Virus record (IMG/VR): IMGVR_UViG_3300031088_000758
From: a virus
Taxonomy: Duplodnaviria; Caudoviricetes
Length of the DNA stretch: 64,000 nucleotides
Direction: 5' to 3' (one strand)
The notes under the pieces: model-generated
Told to the model about the DNA's origin: nothing
Database searches by the model: none
What the model saw: only the letters and a program-made list of their open reading frames with translations
Position numbers and translations under genes: made by a program
In this document: positions 1-11,400 of the stretch, piece after piece
Position numbering within the stretch: position 1 is the first letter of the stretch
How the letters are laid out: the number at the start of each line of letters is the position of its first letter

Positions 1-1224
1 AACACTTCCTTGGTTGATTTTGATTATGCCATTACCACTACCTGTCAAAGCACTAAATCCTTCAGCATTACAGTGAACAGTAAGCATCTGCCAGAATCCT
101 GTATTGCGAGGAGTAGGAAGAGTTTTATTGACAACTGGCTTTCCTTTAGTTTCTGTCTTCTTCCAAGCAGAACATTCTACTACAGGAGCATTGTATTTTC
201 CAAGCTTAGAGTTCCAAGTTTGAGTGCTTGTGCAATTTCTGTTGTAAGTAGTTGTATCGCTTCTTGTAAGGGTAATTTTCGCTAGTTGTGTTTGCTCTTG
301 AACGTTAAGAACTCCACCTTCAGCCATTGCTGCCTTATTGTTATTGTTCAAATTAATGGTAGCATTTTTAGGGTTTTGCTTGTCCTTCTTTATGGCTGCA
401 TCAATATCTTTGATAATTGCATCCATGTTTTTGTTATTTTGTCCCTTTGAAATGCTGTCAATAAGCACACCGTAAGAAGTTCTTGAAGCACCTGTACTTT
501 GTGCATTTAAATTATTTTTACCAATAGGATCTACAAGCTTTCCAGCTTCGTTAAAGTTAACTGTTTGAGGAACAAGGTCTGTTTTGTAGCTATGTGGTTC
601 AGTATAAGTTTTAGTCACAACATTGCTATCACTCTTCTCTTCAGGCCAAGAAGTTTTGATAGGTGGTTTATTCACTTGTTCATCAAAGGCACCTGAACAG
701 ATAATAACATAACCTGGAGCCTTATTGATTAAGTATCCATTGTTCTTTCGGTCCCAGTTTTTGAAAGCATCAATTTCGCCCTGTGAAGGTGCTCTATCAC
801 CACGAACTTCTGATGGTTTTTCAATGGTGCTTTTTTGTTTGTTAGTAGTATAGTTATTCCAAGCATCACCATGAGTTTCGCGGCTGTAGTTGTACACCCA
901 TCTTCCTGAACGGTCATGTTCTAAGTACCATACAACACGAGAATTCTGACAAACACTATTGCTTTTTACTCGATTAACAACTTGACCTTCTACCCAAGAT
1001 TGTCCACGACCAGTCATTTGTTCAAATTTCAAAAAGTCTTGATAAGCTTTTCCTTTTTGATCATAGGCAATAGAAGTCCAGTGCACTGAACCTCTAAGGT
1101 TACCATTTGAGCCACCACCACCGATTCCACCACCAGTTTCAGCGGAAGCTGACGGAATAGCAACAATTACGCCTACTCCTACAAGGAGAGAAACCGCAAT
1201 CTTTTTCCAGAATTGTTTGTTCAT
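1..1224 (-). CDS. Secreted/surface protein with signal peptide; 3' end runs off the window (absent from the ORF track)
   Basis: ATG at 1224 read by hand: MNKQFWKKIAVSLLVGVGVIVAIPSASA|ETGGGIGGGGS..., a Sec-type signal ending in ASA. The frame stays open to base 1 and starts 8 nt after the upstream stop. Confidence 0.8.
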   Translation of the reverse strand, partial: MNKQFWKKIAVSLLVGVGVIVAIPSASAETGGGIGGGGSNGNLRGSVHWTSIAYDQKGKAYQDFLKFEQMTGRGQSWVEGQVVNRVKSNSVCQNSRVVWYLEHDRSGRWVYNYSRETHGDAWNNYTTNKQKSTIEKPSEVRGDRAPSQGEIDAFKNWDRKNNGYLINKAPGYVIICSGAFDEQVNKPPIKTSWPEEKSDSNVVTKTYTEPHSYKTDLVPQTVNFNEAGKLVDPIGKNNLNAQSTGASRTSYGVLIDSISKGQNNKNMDAIIKDIDAAIKKDKQNPKNATINLNNNNKAAMAEGGVLNVQEQTQLAKITLTRSDTTTYNRNCTSTQTWNSKLGKYNAPVVECSAWKKTETKGKPVVNKTLPTPRNTGFWQMLTVHCNAEGFSALTGSGNGIIKINQGSV

Positions 1225-1232
1225 TTTTATCA

Positions 1233-2330
1233 TCATTCCACCTTCAGGCTAGCGCTATCAATAAGAACTTTATGATCGCTTTCACCTGCTCCATTTGCAT
1301 TGGCTACAAATTTAATTGTTAAGTTTCCATTCTTTTCTAACTTACTTTGATCTTTTGCCCAAGCTGTGTATTTTACTTCAGCAGTCATGTTTACAACATA
1401 TGAACTGGTTTCTTCATCATACACAAATTCGTAATTACTACTTGTGATTTCACCATACCAACGTGGTCCTGTTTCTAACAAATTATCCATTCCACCATAA
1501 TTATCCCCATTCCAATCAGCATAAATTGGAATGTATTCTGAATAAGCTTTTTCGCTGTTTTCCTGTAAATAACGAGTAGTGAATAAATCTTCTAATGTTG
1601 AAGGATCATAAGATTTATTTCCCGCATAACCAGGATATTGAATAAGAGACCATTCACCGAAAGTTGGATTAAGTAGTCTTTCTTGAATTACTGACACTTC
1701 TGAAATAAATCCTTCAGCCGTCCAATAACTATATTCAGGATTAATTGTTCCGTCTTCTAGAAGCGCTTTACTGTCATCAGAAGTATATCCTGCAGCTTCA
1801 AAAGGAAGAGTGCTTGCTGTATCTTTTAAGCTTGTTCCATTTGAACTGTAAAGAATTGGTCCACGTTGTTCAGTTGAAATTTCTGATGTATAAACTGACT
1901 GTTGCCATTCTTCTTTTTCTATTGGGAAAAACTTACCCTGTTGCAAATAGAAATCTTCATCATTGTTAACTAGAGCTGCAACATCATTTTCATCTTCTTC
2001 TGTGAAATCCTTATCCATGTCGTATTCATCATTAGGATTTTCCCCTCCACCATCAGAAGTATTAACCACTGTACCAGGTTCTTTCTCCCCCACAGTTTGA
2101 TCTCCACCAAGAGGATTGAACAAGAAAGCAGCAGTAACAATTCCTGCTGTGGCTAATGCACCTACCCCAGCAAAAACAATTTTCTTAGTGCGCCCGTTTC
2201 CTTTTTCAGAATTAAGGATATCATCTTCAGCTTCAGCAGCTTCTCTATCCTCACGAATCAAATCTTCAATAGATCTGTCATCCTCATTTCCAAAAGGATC
2301 ATCAGGCAATTTATCATCATCAATGTTCAT
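1233..2330 (-). CDS. Bitopic membrane protein, acidic, probably transfer-associated
   Basis: Single TM (IVFAGVGALATAGIVTAAFLF). GGAG RBS before ATG 2330 (MNIDDD), so the start is moved from 2375. Confidence 0.7.
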   Translation of the reverse strand: MNIDDDKLPDDPFGNEDDRSIEDLIREDREAAEAEDDILNSEKGNGRTKKIVFAGVGALATAGIVTAAFLFNPLGGDQTVGEKEPGTVVNTSDGGGENPNDEYDMDKDFTEEDENDVAALVNNDEDFYLQQGKFFPIEKEEWQQSVYTSEISTEQRGPILYSSNGTSLKDTASTLPFEAAGYTSDDSKALLEDGTINPEYSYWTAEGFISEVSVIQERLLNPTFGEWSLIQYPGYAGNKSYDPSTLEDLFTTRYLQENSEKAYSEYIPIYADWNGDNYGGMDNLLETGPRWYGEITSSNYEFVYDEETSSYVVNMTAEVKYTAWAKDQSKLEKNGNLTIKFVANANGAGESDHKVLIDSASLKVE

Positions 2331-2450
2331 AATTCTCCACAATCCAAAAATACATATACAATGTTCAGTTAACACTATTAAATATCGTTTTCAGAAAAAA
2401 GATAACAATATTGATGAAATTAAACAAATATATATTAGTATTGTCGAAAT

Positions 2451-2996
2451 TCATGCTCCCATTAAGAAAAGGCTCAAGCCAAGACCTATAATCATAGGAA
2501 TTGCAAAAACAATGTTTGAACGTTTTTGAAAAGTTTCAAATTCTTCTTCTTTCATCTTCTTTTTTGCTACTGATAGACTAATATATCTTGGATGCCCTAC
2601 ACTCTTAAAAGCCCATGTCTGAAGAGACAAAGCGTAAACAGCAGAAACAAAAATAGTTACTAAGAAAATTAAAATTGACTCTTTCCAGCCTAAATACCAT
2701 GGAGTTAATCCGACAAAAGCCATAATGCTAGAGTAATTCAAATTATTTATTCCAGTTCCTATGAAACCTACTAACAAAATAGTAGCGATAAAACCTACCA
2801 AACCTATGACAATAGTAGGTATCAAATACTCCCCTGGCGCAACTAATTCATGTATTGTTACATTTAAAGCAATCATGACAAAGTATAAGCCTGTGAACTT
2901 GTTTAATGAAAGCTTAGCGATTTTCACAAGTAGCAAAGTCAATAATAAAATAGAACCATGTAGAAAAAATAATTCATCAAAGGGGATATTGGTCAT
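2451..2996 (-). CDS. Polytopic membrane protein, prepilin peptidase (A24)-like but degenerate
   Basis: Several TMs. The C-terminal half (..WYLGWKESILIFLVT..IVFAIPMIIG) follows the A24 layout, but the GxGD motif is absent. Confidence 0.45.
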   Translation of the reverse strand: MTNIPFDELFFLHGSILLLTLLLVKIAKLSLNKFTGLYFVMIALNVTIHELVAPGEYLIPTIVIGLVGFIATILLVGFIGTGINNLNYSSIMAFVGLTPWYLGWKESILIFLVTIFVSAVYALSLQTWAFKSVGHPRYISLSVAKKKMKEEEFETFQKRSNIVFAIPMIIGLGLSLFLMGA

Positions 2997-4438
2997 TGAT
3001 TGTTGCTCCAGTTCTGCAATCTTTCTATCTCATCTTCTTCATCATCTGGATCGTAGTAAGTTCCAATTTTTCCGGCATTCTGAACACGACCATTATCATC
3101 TAGAACTTCAATTGCACTGTTAAAGTTTTCTGAAGTATTATTTACATTTTCAAAAGACAGGCCAGAAAGCTCTTCCTCATCAAATACAAAATCAAGACTA
3201 TCATTTTCAACTGATTCGTTGGATTCAGGTTGCTGCTCATACAGGTTGTTGTTTAAGGTTTCTTCTTCTGGATTGTAAAACTCTTCTGGTTCAAAGCTTG
3301 GCAGAGAAAACTCTGATTCATTATTATTTATTTCATCATAATAATTTGGTTCTGCTTCCAAAGCTGGCTCATTGATGTTTTCAGAAGCATCAACATAAGC
3401 ACTTATAGAATCTGTATACTGGGTTGAATCGCTAAAATCAAAAGCACTTTGCTCAGATTCATCATTAGTGTTTTCAAATTCAAAGTCAGGCTCAGAATCT
3501 TCGTCCTTTAATGCTAATTTACTTTTTAGCTCATATACTTCATCTTCTAAATCTTTGATGTCTCTGTTTTTCAGAGAAAGCTCATCTTGAAGTTTTTCAT
3601 AAGTTTCTCTTTCTTCTGAACTAAGAGTATCATCAACTCCGTTTTGATTATCTAACTGCTCTTCTAATCTTTTAATAATCAACTTTAATTCAAGATTTTC
3701 TTGTTCGTAATCCTCATCATCATTAGTTGGCATAATATTAATTCCATTAGCAATCTCTGATTGGAATTTAATGTTACTAACATCAACTTGTAATCTATCT
3801 ACTACTGTGGCAAGTTTAGCTACATGTTCATTTCGAAGTCTGAGAAGTTCAACATACTTTTTAACAGTTACTTCTACTCTTGAAACAAAAGTATCCACTT
3901 CACCCATTTCGTAACCCTGCGGAACTTGAATGTCAAAGCCTACTTCTTCCAGATCTTCAGGAAGGAATATATCATTGTCAATTTCAAAAGTTGCTGGAAT
4001 ATTTAAAATTTCAAGAACATCCTGGATTTTTCCTTCATCGGGAACGGGAACGGGAACCGATTCATACTCTTTCATTTTCTTCTTATGTTTGAGTGTCATG
4101 TTTCTCATGAAGCTTTTTGTGCCATCTTCATCTTCAAGCTCAAAAGCTGAGGATTCATCACTAGCAGGTATTTCTGTGGATTCCTCTTCAACGAAAACTT
4201 CTTCTTCAAAAACAGGTTCTTCTTCTACTGCTTTTGGGCGTTCTACAATCCTATTTTTAACAGGCTTTTTCTTTAGAGCAGTATTTTGGACTCTTTTTAC
4301 TGGACTCTTTTTTTGTTTTTCAGGTCGTTGTTTTTCTTCAGGTTCATCTTTGACAGCATCCATAACACGAACAGTCTCTTCACCTATACCTTTTAATCTT
4401 TCTTGTAATTGGCTTTTTGCTTTGTCAAGAATACCCAT
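2993..4438 (-). CDS. DivIVA-domain coiled-coil protein with acidic tail
   Basis: LPEDLEEVGFDIQVPQGYEMGEVDTFVSRV matches the DivIVA pattern (TPEDI..F...RGY...EVD.FL.RV) and is followed by coiled coil. Confidence 0.65.
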   Translation of the reverse strand: MGILDKAKSQLQERLKGIGEETVRVMDAVKDEPEEKQRPEKQKKSPVKRVQNTALKKKPVKNRIVERPKAVEEEPVFEEEVFVEEESTEIPASDESSAFELEDEDGTKSFMRNMTLKHKKKMKEYESVPVPVPDEGKIQDVLEILNIPATFEIDNDIFLPEDLEEVGFDIQVPQGYEMGEVDTFVSRVEVTVKKYVELLRLRNEHVAKLATVVDRLQVDVSNIKFQSEIANGINIMPTNDDEDYEQENLELKLIIKRLEEQLDNQNGVDDTLSSEERETYEKLQDELSLKNRDIKDLEDEVYELKSKLALKDEDSEPDFEFENTNDESEQSAFDFSDSTQYTDSISAYVDASENINEPALEAEPNYYDEINNNESEFSLPSFEPEEFYNPEEETLNNNLYEQQPESNESVENDSLDFVFDEEELSGLSFENVNNTSENFNSAIEVLDDNGRVQNAGKIGTYYDPDDEEDEIERLQNWSNNQ

Positions 4439-4517
4439 TTTTGTTCCTTTGCCACATAATAAAATACTTAAAATTGTTCAATAAATATACATATATAAAT
4501 ATCAGCGCATATCTATT

Positions 4518-4847
4518 TTATTCGTTTAGCTCTCTTTGCGCAGTTCCATCAAGAAAATCTTCTAATGTAAAGTACACTGGCTCACCAGCAATACTTTCCA
4601 CATAAATAATCCAAGCTTTAACATATTCTTCTCTTATGAATTCATATTCTAGATTAGCCCAAGCATCATTTATTCCAGAAAAATTCAAGTATTGAATAAT
4701 TTCTTTCGGATAGTAAGGGATTGACTTTTCTGTTTTTTGAAGAATTTTTGTATGATTATCAAATATCCTATTTAAACCAGAAATGAAATTGACTACTTCA
4801 AGGTCAGCTCTAGACGGGTAAAAAGATTCAGATTCATACTCACTCAT
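4518..4847 (-). CDS. Hypothetical protein
   Basis: Co-oriented 109 aa ORF with RBS-like upstream sequence. Confidence 0.6.
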   Translation of the reverse strand: MSEYESESFYPSRADLEVVNFISGLNRIFDNHTKILQKTEKSIPYYPKEIIQYLNFSGINDAWANLEYEFIREEYVKAWIIYVESIAGEPVYFTLEDFLDGTAQRELNE

Positions 4848-4892
4848 TTATACCATCTCTTTCTTTTTCCTTAGTGTAAATTACATGTACTA

Positions 4893-7800
4893 TCATTCTG
4901 AATCTTTTTCTTTCTCTGTGGTTTCAGTGTTTTGTTTATTAAGTGGTGCTCTATTAGCCACTTCTTTATTTTTGAAAGCCACAAAGAATTCTTCCCAATC
5001 CATGTTCAAATCTCCACCAACTGCTTCTTTGTACCATACGAAGACAGCTGCAGCATATACTGATTCAATGAATTCATATTCTTCATTAACCCAAGCAAGG
5101 GCAAGAAGATCTTCTCGATTTACATATGGTTTCAAGAATTCAGGTACCTTAGCACTTGCAGGAGCTGAAGCATCTTTTTGGGTTTTGAATTTTTCAAGAT
5201 TTTCTTTGTAGTCTCGAATATCGAAATGAACTGTGTTAGCTAGTCCAAGAAGATCTTTTTGTCTTCTTTCTACAAGTTGTTTCTTATCTAATACAGGTTC
5301 CCCATTCTTATAGAAGTAGCTTCCGTTTTCAAGTCTTTCTTTTTGTTGACCAGCTATCTTAAGAGATTTCTCTTCAGTAATGAAACTTGATTTACCTTTA
5401 AGAGCAAGTCTGTTGAGCTGTTCAACTCTTTCTTTTTCTTTCTTATCAAGTTCTTCTTCTTCCTTGCGAAGGTAGACAAGTTCAACTTCATCTGAACCAG
5501 GTCGCATTCCGTCTGCTTGGCAATCGTAACATAGAAGGTTTCCTTCAATAGTTCTACCACCACGGAAAATACCTGTTCCATTACTGTTCATGTCAAACTC
5601 AATGTTTTCACCACAAGAGGCACATTGTACCAATCCGTTATTGATTTTCTCTTCTTCTGAGATATCACCTTTCAAACGTCTTGTGTTTTCATAAGTAATT
5701 CGAGCATGATTCAAAGATTGCTTACGGTAGGTCAAGTTCTTTATTTCTCTCTTCACACCATAAGCAGCTCCTTCTTTGAATGTTCCACCAGCTCTCTTAG
5801 AGCCAACAGCACCAGCTACAACGCTACCAGTCATTCTTGAAGCATCCTTACTTGCTGTCTTAGCTCTTCCGATAGTTTGCTGTTGAATAACACCACTCAT
5901 TCTATTAGCAGTTCCACTTAAATCAGCACCAGCAAATCGTATATTTGCCATCATGTCAACTAATTTCTTTCTACTGTTCAAAATCAAGATAGACAATAGA
6001 AGGAGAACAATCATACCTTGGAACCAACCTACATTATCAATGATACCAATAGCGGTAGTTATGAATGACATACTCAAAGCTAGTAGTAATCCAATGATAA
6101 TTCTCTTCAAAGTAGTGTTAATTACTAGTTCAGCCCAGCCTTTAAATATTTCCCATCCTTTTCCGCTCCAACATCCTAACAATAAGAATATAGGAGCAAA
6201 AGCCATGATAAGCGCTGTTCCGATAGAATATACTGCTGCCATAGATGCTAATACAAGCGGAGCAGACAGACCAATGAGAGCAATGAGGATACTGGACATG
6301 CTTGTCCAAATTCTTCCGAAACTATTGTTGCCCACCCAAGTGTCCCAATATGGTGTTACAGGATTGTTCTTTGGGACACCATATTCATAAGGTTGTGTTG
6401 TTGTAGTTCCAGACGAAGGTGCTGAACCTTGTGCTGTTCCTGCTCCACTACCGTTTTCAGGGTTAAATCCCATGGCTGTTAAACGCTGGTTAGTGTCAAT
6501 TTTGTTTCCACCTGGGTCAACAGTTTCAAAGTGAAGGTGAGCACCTGTAACACGACCTGTGGCTCCTACTTTACCTACTTCTTGACCTGCTTGTACTGTT
6601 TGTCCGTTGCTTACGCTATAGCCTGATAAATGAAGATAACGATAAGTCCATCCGTCAGCACCTTTAAGTTCAATAATGTTTCCACCAGTACTTGATGAAC
6701 TAGTAGAAATAGTTCCATTCGCAACAGCATACAAAGGTGTTCCAGTAGGTGCGGAATAATCATTTCCAGCGTGAAGTTTTCTCTCACCAGTTACAGGGTG
6801 AGTTCTCATTCCATAGTTAGAGCTTTTACTTGCATTAGCAATAGGGAACACATACTCACCTGATACAGAGACTTCACCAGTACCGGGCACTCCAGAAGAA
6901 ATAACTAAATCAGCAGTTTTTGTTTCTTCTTCGTAATTTGACAAAGCATCAACAATTCTCCACCAATCATTGGACACTCCAGATGTATATTTAGCTTTTT
7001 GTCCTTGATTATCTTCGCCTGTTGCCGCATGAACATTAGTTTGAGTGCTTAAATGATAAATAGCCCAATTATTGATGAATTCACCATCACCAATCGGAAC
7101 AGCTGCATCACCAACCATCTCACCATTTAAGTTTCGTAAATCTGATGATTCGCTTTTCTCGCTCCATTTAGGGATTTCATCGTTAGCCCACAACATTTTC
7201 CAATCAGTTCCAAACTGTCCTTGAGCCCAAGGGCGGAATAAGAAAGCTTGCCAGAACTGACAACTTACTGCTGAGCGCATATTTTCAGAAGCTTGTGTAA
7301 GTAGATTTACATTTTCTTCAATAGTTCCTGATTTTCCATCACCTAGCTTATAACTACCTATATCTGTGTCACATAAACCCGAACTGTTAGGAAGGTTGCC
7401 ACTTAATGTTGTCAATACAACGCTCTGTCCGACTATGGCAACGTTATTGGGAAGAGACATCCAGAAAGAAGGATTAGCAGCAATTATAAACGCCATCAGG
7501 AACATAAACAAAGAACGCAATAAACCTATAAGGGAAGTTCTATACTGTCGTTTAACAATAGCATCCCAGAATAATTTAAAAGCTGTTGCTAAGAATGCCA
7601 AGAAGACTAATGGTTGGAAAATACCTGCAAATAAGGTATCAAACATTCCGCCTTCACTGCCTATGAATTCGTCAATTCCAAACATTCCCACAATATCTGA
7701 TAGGGACAGACCAATGAGAGAGATGGTTACCACAACTATTACTTTAGTTACCCAGAATAAAGCATTCGCTACAACATTTACGATAGAAGTCCAATAATGA

Positions 7801-8465
7801 ACAAGAATACCACGATCAAATTGAATAGTTCTTGGGTCGGGTGAGCTAGATACGTATTCCCATGTAGAACGAGGTTCTAATCTTTCCTCATAGTATAAAC
7901 CTGCACGAGGATCTTTCGGATCAGCATCAGGATTACAAGCATCTACTAGAATGTATTTCCACTCACCTTGATAAGAGCTGAAACTCATGCCTGCTACACC
8001 GAATCGGTCATAGACATTTACTTTTGTTCCACCGTTAAAGGCTTTTTCTGTTTCAGCATCACTTTCATTAGGGATAGCTTCAAGATCATAGCCTAGAATT
8101 TTCTCATTAGTCTCTTTAAATCCAGGGCCAAAAAGATTTAACAACCAATTCAAACCTTGATCAACTTCGGCTATATCACCATTCATAGTGCTTTTCGAGC
8201 GAATTTCATACCAAAAGTCAGAAGTTTGTGAATATTGGTAAAGCTGTTTAGAAGGATCAGGAGCAACATTACATAAAATCCATTGAGTCCAATCAACAGC
8301 TTCAGCTTCCTTTGCTTGTTGAGCTGCTACAGCACTGCCCAAGAAAAATGTGCCTAAAATTACAGCAATCATCATAGAAGCGAATAGTTTGACTCCGCTT
8401 ACAGCGCTTCTTTTTGAATATGTTGTTGAAGGATTCAAGTATGTACTTGAAGCATATTTCTTCAT
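4893..8465 (-). CDS. Giant VirB6/TrbL-like membrane protein with inserted M23 peptidase and C-terminal CxxC..CxxC
   Basis: Two TM clusters including APIFLLLG..GWEIFKGW. M23 motifs HAGND and HLHFE, plus YGMRTHPVTG. CASC and CYDC in the tail. Confidence 0.75.
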   Translation of the reverse strand: MKKYASSTYLNPSTTYSKRSAVSGVKLFASMMIAVILGTFFLGSAVAAQQAKEAEAVDWTQWILCNVAPDPSKQLYQYSQTSDFWYEIRSKSTMNGDIAEVDQGLNWLLNLFGPGFKETNEKILGYDLEAIPNESDAETEKAFNGGTKVNVYDRFGVAGMSFSSYQGEWKYILVDACNPDADPKDPRAGLYYEERLEPRSTWEYVSSSPDPRTIQFDRGILVHYWTSIVNVVANALFWVTKVIVVVTISLIGLSLSDIVGMFGIDEFIGSEGGMFDTLFAGIFQPLVFLAFLATAFKLFWDAIVKRQYRTSLIGLLRSLFMFLMAFIIAANPSFWMSLPNNVAIVGQSVVLTTLSGNLPNSSGLCDTDIGSYKLGDGKSGTIEENVNLLTQASENMRSAVSCQFWQAFLFRPWAQGQFGTDWKMLWANDEIPKWSEKSESSDLRNLNGEMVGDAAVPIGDGEFINNWAIYHLSTQTNVHAATGEDNQGQKAKYTSGVSNDWWRIVDALSNYEEETKTADLVISSGVPGTGEVSVSGEYVFPIANASKSSNYGMRTHPVTGERKLHAGNDYSAPTGTPLYAVANGTISTSSSSTGGNIIELKGADGWTYRYLHLSGYSVSNGQTVQAGQEVGKVGATGRVTGAHLHFETVDPGGNKIDTNQRLTAMGFNPENGSGAGTAQGSAPSSGTTTTQPYEYGVPKNNPVTPYWDTWVGNNSFGRIWTSMSSILIALIGLSAPLVLASMAAVYSIGTALIMAFAPIFLLLGCWSGKGWEIFKGWAELVINTTLKRIIIGLLLALSMSFITTAIGIIDNVGWFQGMIVLLLLSILILNSRKKLVDMMANIRFAGADLSGTANRMSGVIQQQTIGRAKTASKDASRMTGSVVAGAVGSKRAGGTFKEGAAYGVKREIKNLTYRKQSLNHARITYENTRRLKGDISEEEKINNGLVQCASCGENIEFDMNSNGTGIFRGGRTIEGNLLCYDCQADGMRPGSDEVELVYLRKEEEELDKKEKERVEQLNRLALKGKSSFITEEKSLKIAGQQKERLENGSYFYKNGEPVLDKKQLVERRQKDLLGLANTVHFDIRDYKENLEKFKTQKDASAPASAKVPEFLKPYVNREDLLALAWVNEEYEFIESVYAAAVFVWYKEAVGGDLNMDWEEFFVAFKNKEVANRAPLNKQNTETTEKEKDSE

Positions 8466-8480
8466 ACTTTTACTCCTCCA

Positions 8481-11400
8481 TCAATCTTTCTTTGCACGAT
8501 GAACAAGACCATGAACCAGATTTCGCATCTCTTCGATTCTTTCTTGATTCATCTGTTGTTTATCCGTTATGTTAGCTAGCTTTTCAGAATCTTTATCTAA
8601 TGATTTCGACAACTCTTCATTGTTCCTATCATTCATACTTCTAATATCTTCTTGGGCTTGTAAAGTGACACTTGAAGAAGCTATGGTATCTTCATACTTC
8701 TTTTCTAATTCTTTCAGAGTTTGATTATAGTTGCTAATCTGTCGTTTTATGTATGCAACAGTTTTATCTCTTGTGTCTTTATCTTTGATATCTTTACTTT
8801 CCGCTAGTGCTCTTCTACGTTCTTGGCGCTTTACCTTCACTTCTTCAATCTCATCTCTTATCGGTTTGACAAGAGCGGATTCTTCCAAATGACTAATAGA
8901 TGATAGTTCATCTTCTGACAACTCAGTTTGATCAGTATTAACATCAGAGTTTTTTGCATCATTATAGTTATTGACAAAACTTCTACTGTCTTGATTCATA
9001 GAGCGAATTTCTTCAAGATTCTGTTTATTAATTTCTTCTTGAACTTTATTCATCTTTTCACGTGTATTTATTTGACGTGAAAGTCTTCTAGAGGCAATTG
9101 CACCAGTTGCCATGTTAGACATAACAGGAGGTTCAGGCTTGACAACTTTGGTTCCATCAGCATCAATCTTGAATTTCTCATCTGATTTAGTCACAGGGTT
9201 TTGCTCAACTGTTTCCTCTGCTTTGAGAGATTCATACTTCTGTAATTCGCTTTCATACTGACGATGTTTTTCAGTTTTCTCATGGGCAGATTTACGAATG
9301 TCTTTAGCAAGGCCATGTTCATTCAATCTTTGTTCTGTTTGTTGCTCAGCAGCTATTCTTGATTCAATCATAGTCTGAGCAAGTCCAAATCCACGATGAC
9401 GTTGACGATTCTTCAAGCGAGCAACAGCTTGCTGACTGCTCTTAGAAGCTTCACCTTTAATGTTATCCCAAGCAGCTTTTCCACGTGCACCTTTTCCGCC
9501 TGACATGTATCCACCAATAGCGCCACCAGCAAAAGCAGTAGCACCTACCTGTGCTCTCTTAATATTGTTTCCAAGAAGAGAACCAGAAGTATGCTTATCC
9601 CTAATGTTCTGATCAATCCATTCTTTAGGCTTATCCATGAACTGTTGTCCAATAGGTTGTCCAAATCCACTACTAATTGTCTCAAATACAAATCTGAGTA
9701 TACTTTTACGTGCTCCTATGAAGAATAGAAGAATAGCCACTGTAAACACTATAGACAATAGGTAGTTTTCTGATAGTGTTCCTAGTTGAGCAACAATTCT
9801 AAAAAGAACAGCCAGTATAGTTACAAGAACAATTCTTTGTACCATCAAGCCAATAATACTTCCTATGTATCCTTTAAGTTTTAAACGTCCCATAGTTGGG
9901 TGGATACCGAATAAGAACATGAAAGGAAGCAATATGAGCATCATAGTCATAACAAAAGCAATTTGAATTTTTGCTAAGGAGTAAGAGATTACTGTAATAG
10001 CCCCTATAATCGCTACAATAGCCGATAAAGGCCCGATTAAGGCACGTTCAAGAGTTTGTCCACTCCATGCCTCAAAGTATCTAGAATCGGTTCCAGCGCC
10101 GTTGTTTGGACCTGCTTGAAGATCTACTATTCTGTATAAGTCAGTATCTAAACGACCTGTTGGTGTCTCTAAATCTTTAAAGTAAGCAGTTCCTGATGAC
10201 ATTGTATCTAGTTGGTACAATGCCCAGTTTCTTTCGTTAAATCCTCCGCCCATGTTAACAGAAGCATTTCCGACCAAAGCTTGATTAGTATTAGTCATAG
10301 TGTTTTCGTTGCCACTATTCGCTGCATAAAGGTTACTGTAATCCGTTCCCCATTGACCCCTAACCCAAGGATTAAAAGCAAATGTTCTCCAGTTTTCGCA
10401 CATCAACACACGTGTACCTTCATTGGTTCCAATACCAATAGCATTTCCATCAAGATCAACAAAATTAGAACCCGCTATTGATCCTGTAGCATGACACAAA
10501 TTATCATCAGATCTATTACCAAGGCTGAAAACGCTTCCCATTATGGCTGTTTCAACCATTGATGGAACCTCATCAACAGCGTTAACTACCATGGCAGGCT
10601 TGAACATTAGAATAGTTCCAGCAATTATTGTCAAACAAAGCATCAATATGCTTCCCGCTTGTGTTTGGTAATTCTTATTACGTCCAACATTCCACATAAT
10701 TTGCACACCGGCTAAACCAATGAACAAAGTAATCAAAGGGAAGAAAAGGCTCTCACGGAATCTTTCAATAAGTTCTACTACTAACTTGTCAATACCCAAA
10801 GTTTTCAAAACAGGTTCATAAGATAGGCTGATAACAGTGTTTGAAATCCTAGTAGCGAAAGAAGCAATAGTTAAACCTACGTTTCCTATTGAAGAAACAA
10901 TTCGGTCTATTGGAAATATAATACTTAGGAAGTTATCGCTTGAGTTTTTGTATCTTGTGTCAATTCCTGGTTGTTTTTGACTACTCTCATAGCCGTTTCC
11001 GAAAAATCCATTTTGAATAGGAGGTCTTACAGGTTTACAGCCCTCGTTTAGATCACCATTATAATCATACAATGGAACTAATTGTCCATTAGAGTCTAAG
11101 ATATCATTACCTTTTGAATCAACACAAACATATCTATTCCAAGGTGCATTAAAGTTTTCTTTATGGTTTCCAGTTATCCAATTGCTGATGTTAGCCGGAT
11201 TGAACAAATTAGTCAACCATTCCACATTGGAATCATATTGCTCTTGATTTTCAACGTTTTTCACAACAATGCTATAATTTGTGTTCCAGCATATACGGAA
11301 GCTAGCAAGAGTATCTTTACGTGCTGATTCATTTGTGTTTATATCACACTGTAGATTATACTTATCAGCGGTTTTAAACATTTCGGAATTATTTGACTTC

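Noticed and set aside
729-917. Short nested minus-strand ORFs (also 5354, 12110, 33424, 35140, 55829, 62023)
   Set aside because: They are out-of-frame overlaps within longer, better supported genes.
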